Source: Octopus bimaculoides | Lineage: Eukaryota | NCBI RefSeq assembly: GCF_001194135.2 | Contig: NC_069008.1 | Span: forward strand, 14,473,463 to 14,513,304 | Length of the DNA stretch: 39,842 nucleotides | Reading direction: 5' to 3' | Shown: one piece after another, positions 36,090 to 39,842 of the stretch | Position numbering within the stretch: position 1 is the stretch's first letter | Layout of the letters: each line of letters starts with the position of its first letter | Made by a program: the position numbers and the translations under genes | The notes under the pieces: model-generated | What the model was told of the DNA's origin: nothing | Databases searched by the model: none | Seen by the model: the letters and a program-made list of their open reading frames with translations, nothing else

Positions 36090-36156
36090 ACCTTACATCC
36101 ATCATTTTCAGAAAACTTTTGCAAATTTGTGTTCGACACACGGGAAAGCAACTATG
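36090..36156 (-). other. Candidate non-coding exon 2 of the zinc-finger gene
   Basis: ttttttctAG| acceptor and GGT|GTAAGT donor bounding 67 nt. Confidence 0.45.
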
Positions 36157-36315
36157 CTAGAAAAAAGTTTAATTCTTCGAAATTGAAAAGCAATTTATTT
36201 TTTAATTTTCTGAATTTTTTTTCCATATCACAATTTAAGATACGGACAGTCGGAATTTTTTTGCTTAAATCCTAGCAATAAACCATTAAATGTGATTATG
36301 AGGAAAAATATATTT

Positions 36316-36700
36316 GGCTGTGTGGTAAGTAGCTTGCTTACCAACCACATGGTTCCGGGTTCAGTCCCATTGCGTGGCACCTTGGGCAAGTGTCTTCTAC
36401 TATAGCCTCGGGCCGACCAAAGCCTTGTGAGTGGATTTGGTAGACGGAAACTGAAAGAAGCCCGTCGTATATATGTATATATGTATGTGTGTTTGTGTGT
36501 CTGTATTTGTTCCCCCACCATCGCTTGACAACCGGTGGTATGTTTACATCCCCGTAACTTAGCGGTTTGGCAAAAGAGACTGATAGAATAAGTACTAGGC
36601 TTCCAAAGAATAAGTCCTGGGGTCGATTTGCTCGACTAAAGGCGGTGCTCCAGCATGGCCGCAGTGCAATGACTGAAACAAGTAAAAGAGTAAAAAGAGT
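36316..36700 (+). mobile_element. tRNA-derived SINE, near full length
   Basis: Same family as 16587-16992. Confidence 0.9.
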
Positions 36701-37082
36701 ACGTCAGACTGAAGAATGAGAAGGGTATGAGGTGGTCGTAAGCTATGCTAAAAATAACTGCTAAATATCCCTTATATCACACACGAAAACTTTTTATTTC
36801 TGCATAGTCGTATGATCCCCCCTGTATGGAACACAAATTCGCAAAAGTTTTCCCAAAATTCCTCAAAATAAAAAAGTTATGAGGGGTTATATTGGATGCG
36901 TAAAGCAGAATTCCGCTCCTTTATGTTTCTTTCTTTTTATTCCCCTCCCCACGTCCAGGTACTTTTCTCTCTCCCATGATGTAGGGACCTCAACCATACA
37001 ATCTTATGATTAATGCTACAAACGTAAGGCGGTGGAATTGGTTACTAGTTTTCGGGGTAACCCTAACTCTAAACCCCAACCC

Positions 37083-37232
37083 GGCGAAAGTAAAGAATAC
37101 GCACACCGGTGTTAGAGGTTAGGGGTTAGGGTTAGGGTTTTTGTTACGCCGAAAACAGGTGGGTACGTATTCTTTACCTCCACCCCTAACCCTAACCTTA
37201 AACACCGGGTGTGCGTATTCTTTACCTTCACC
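37083..37232. mobile_element. 150-bp foldback/MITE-like element carrying TTAGGG repeats
   Basis: ggcgaaagtaaagaatacgcacacc.ggtgtt...ggttaggg inverted against cctaacc..aacaccgggtgtgcgtattctttaccttcacc. Confidence 0.7.
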
Positions 37233-37650
37233 AATATAGCAATAGAAAATGATGCAACATCTGCAATGTAATAATTTCAAACAGGCAGGGAGAGAAAATA
37301 ACGAGAAATAAGTTACTCATTTTGCCCCACCGATTTTCAGTAAGTTTGTTAGTTGGGCACACATGAGTAAGTTATACCAAGGACTGAGCATTCGATAAAT
37401 TATGATAAAAGTATTGGTTTCTGGACATTTCAATGATTGGAGTGTGTTTGAGAATATTTCTCAAACTTAAACACAACAAACTAACGCGGCAACGATGGAG
37501 TGTAGAAGGTAGCTTCCATAACTAGAAATAGCAGCCAAATCCCGCACAAATCATAGACATTACTTTTCCATAGCTAGAAATAGCAGCCAAATCGGTACTA
37601 CTTAAGAAGTGTCTACTCTTCACCCAACCCGATTTACAGTTTAACCATAT

Positions 37651-37734
37651 AACACCCGCACGATTTTCACTAGGCTTTTAGGATGGGAATTCCGTCCCTA
37701 ACCCTAACACCCTAGTGAAAATCGTGCGGGGGTT
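37651..37734. repeat. 84-bp imperfect palindrome centred near GAATTC, with CCCTAA motifs
   Basis: aacacccgcacgattttcactagg vs cctagtgaaaatcgtgcgggggtt (23/24 complementary). Confidence 0.8.
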
Positions 37735-37891
37735 AATCTGAAAATTTACCAGAAATAGCAGCCAAATCTCACACCAATCATAAACATCTCTCATTCATAA
37801 AAGATAGAAAAGACACAAAGAATCGAGATGTCAAAAATTGAAAGCCTACAAAATTAAATAACATGGTTAACTAATATTGTTTAATACTTAC

Positions 37892-37995
37892 GGAATTGTT
37901 TCACAAAGGTCATGAAGTGTGTCTGTCGCAGTTCAGAAATGCAATAAAAGTTGAAAAGAAATTCAAGCAGCAAACATTTTTAATCTGGGGTCAAA
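37892..37995 (-). other. Candidate non-coding first exon of the zinc-finger gene
   Basis: Donor TCC|GTAAGT at 37891-37886, just downstream of the promoter motifs. The 5' end is a guess. Confidence 0.5.
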
Positions 37996-38002
37996 ATGCA
38001 AA

Positions 38003-38027
38003 CGGAAGTAAATGTAGTGCGCATGCG
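38003..38027. promoter_or_regulatory. ETS (CGGAAGT) plus NRF1-type (TGCGCATGCG) promoter motifs
   Basis: CGGAAGT at 38003-38009 and TGCGCATGCG at 38018-38027, a typical TATA-less housekeeping/ZNF promoter pairing. Confidence 0.6.
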
Positions 38028-38998
38028 ATATTTTGATGTCTTTTTCTTGTTTGTTTTTCGCGCCTAACACTTGTTGCCTCTCTTTTCGGGGTCATTTTGT
38101 TGCAATCCAAAGTATTTCTTTCTTCATTGTCAGCAATTTTAGATTGCAGATATGAACTTCAAACACACATACCGCACGTATAAATATATATATATATATA
38201 TATATANNNNNNNNNNNNNNNNNNNNNNNNNNNNNNNNNNNNNNNNNNNNNNNNNNNNNNNNNNNNNNNNNNNNNNNNNNNNNNNNNNNNNNNNNNNNNN
38301 NNNNNNNNNNNNNNNNNNNNNNNNNNNNNNNNNNNNNNNNNNNNNNNNNNNNNNNNNNNNNNNNNNNNNNNNNNNNNNNNNNNNNNNNNNNNNNNNNNNN
38401 NNNNNNNNNNNNNNNNNNNNNNNNNNNNNNNNNNNNNNNNNNNNNNNNNNNNNNNNNNNNNNNNNNNNNNNNNNNNNNNNNNNNNNNNNNNNNNNNNNNN
38501 NNNNNNNNNNNNNNNNNNNNNNNNNNNNNNNNNNNNNNNNNNNNNNNNNNNNNNNNNNNNNNNNNNNNNNNNNNNNNNNNNNNNNNNNNNNNNNNNNNNN
38601 NNNNNNNNNNNNNNNNNNNNNNNNNNNNNNNNNNNNNNNNNNNNNNNNNNNNNNNNNNNNNNNNNNNNNNNNNNNNNNNNNNNNNNNNNNNNNNNNNNNN
38701 NNNNNNNNNNNNNNNNNNNNNNNNNNNNNNNNNNNNNNNNNNNNNNNNNNNNNNNNNNNNNNNNNNNNNNNNNNNNNNNNNNNNNNNNNNNNNNNNNNNN
38801 NNNNNNNNNNNNNNNNNNNNNNNNNNNNNNNNNNNNNNNNNNNNNNNNNNNNNNNNNNNNNNNNNNNNNNNNNNNNNNNNNNNNNNNNNNNNNNNNNNNN
38901 NNNNNNNNNNNNNNNNNNNNNNNNNNNNNNNNNNNNNNNNNNNNNNNNNNNNNNNNNNNNNNNNNNNNNNNNNNNNNNNNNNNNNNNNNNNNNNNNNN

Positions 38999-39047
<49 letters not shown>

Positions 39048-39273
39048 AATATTAATATTTCTAAATCTCTCTAAAGGAGACTGTGGCAGCAGTACTGGAT
39101 ATTAATAGTTAGCGCCAAGCTAACATGGCAGTCCAGGAAAATAGGACAAATGCTGCTGTTGATTAGTTCCAAGAGGCCATCACCTCTAGCTAGCTATGTG
39201 ACACACCACAAATCTGTGTCCATTATAACCTTCGAACAAGGGAGGTCAGCAGATTTCCCTTGCTGGTTTGACG

Positions 39274-39316
39274 TCCACAGACTAGTTTTGGGGTAGTTGC
39301 CCCTTATCAATGTGGA
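39274..39316 (-). ncRNA. Type-I hammerhead, U3-A8 variant core (this copy G12->A)
   Basis: UCCACA-UUGAUAA-GGGG(CAACUA)CCCC-AAAA-CUAG-UC-UGUGGA. 6-bp stem I, 4-bp stem II, ACUAGU palindrome, GUC triplet. Confidence 0.78.
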
Positions 39317-39451
39317 GTAGCCGAACCCTTAATAAAGATTTAGAAATATTAATATTTCTATTTTTGAAAACCAGTGGATGTACTCCACTGAATTTAGGTA
39401 AATAAACCTTTGAACAGGCAGTCAGCAGTGGCACCTGCTGGGTTTAGCTAC

Positions 39452-39489
39452 TCTACATTGATAAGAGGCAACTACCCTGAAACTAGTCT
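39452..39489 (+). ncRNA. Type-I hammerhead, U3-A8 variant core, 3' strand of stem I truncated
   Basis: UCUACA-UUGAUAA-GAGG(CAACUA)CCCU-GAAA-CUAG-UC-U. Confidence 0.68.
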
Positions 39490-39490
39490 A

Positions 39491-39812
39491 ATACCTATCC
39501 TATTTGTCTCTTTTGCCAAACTGCTAAGTTCCAGTGACATAAACACACCAACACTAGTTGTCAAGTGATGGTGTCACAGGCACATAAATACATACACACA
39601 CACATATATATATATATAAATATGCATATGAATATGTATGTATGTATGTATCTAATAGGCTTCTATCAGTTTCCAGCAAACCAAATATTCTCACAAGTCT
39701 TTGGTCAGCCCAAGGCTAGCATAGAAGACACTTGCCCAAAGTGCCACGCAGTGGGACTGAACCTAGAACCACGTGGTTGGGAAGCAAGCTTCTTACCACA
39801 CAACCATGCCTA
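39491..39812 (-). mobile_element. tRNA-derived SINE
   Basis: Reverse complement of the 16587 family. Confidence 0.82.
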
Positions 39813-39842
39813 TGCTAATATATATATATATATATATATATA

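Larger units (their letters stand above)
39047..39490. mobile_element. Inverted pair of hammerhead-bearing repeat segments (retrozyme or PLE pseudo-LTR like)
   Basis: 22-bp perfect inverted repeat 39047-39068/39336-39357; 43-bp inverted repeat 39279-39321/39447-39489 (39/43); abuts (TA)n. Confidence 0.75.

Overview
This is AT-rich, microsatellite- and transposon-dense eukaryotic genomic DNA with many N gaps. The SINE types and the C2H2 array style point to an octopus (inference). Two host genes can be built by hand, both on the minus strand. (1) A five-coding-exon gene (21470->12768, 296 aa, all intron phases consistent) encoding a probable secreted protein: signal-like N-terminus, degenerate PAN/apple-like module, and a ~185-aa Cys/Trp-rich domain I cannot name. 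(2) A 16-finger C2H2 zinc-finger gene (coding 32648->31068) with candidate non-coding upstream exons and an ETS+NRF1 promoter at ~38.0 kb. The rest is decayed mobile DNA: several Penelope-like element (PLE) lineages, Tx1-, RTE- and RLE-type LINE pieces, mariner copies, a DD36E Tc1, a Helitron-like fragment, MITEs and tRNA-derived SINEs. The most notable hidden signal is three different families of minimal type-I hammerhead ribozyme motifs (five copies). One has a U3-A8 variant core and lies in an inverted, circularly permuted unit that reconstructs to a ~364-nt, highly base-paired, retrozyme-like RNA (39047-39490). All folds, alignments and protein calls were made by eye; no database search or folding program was run.
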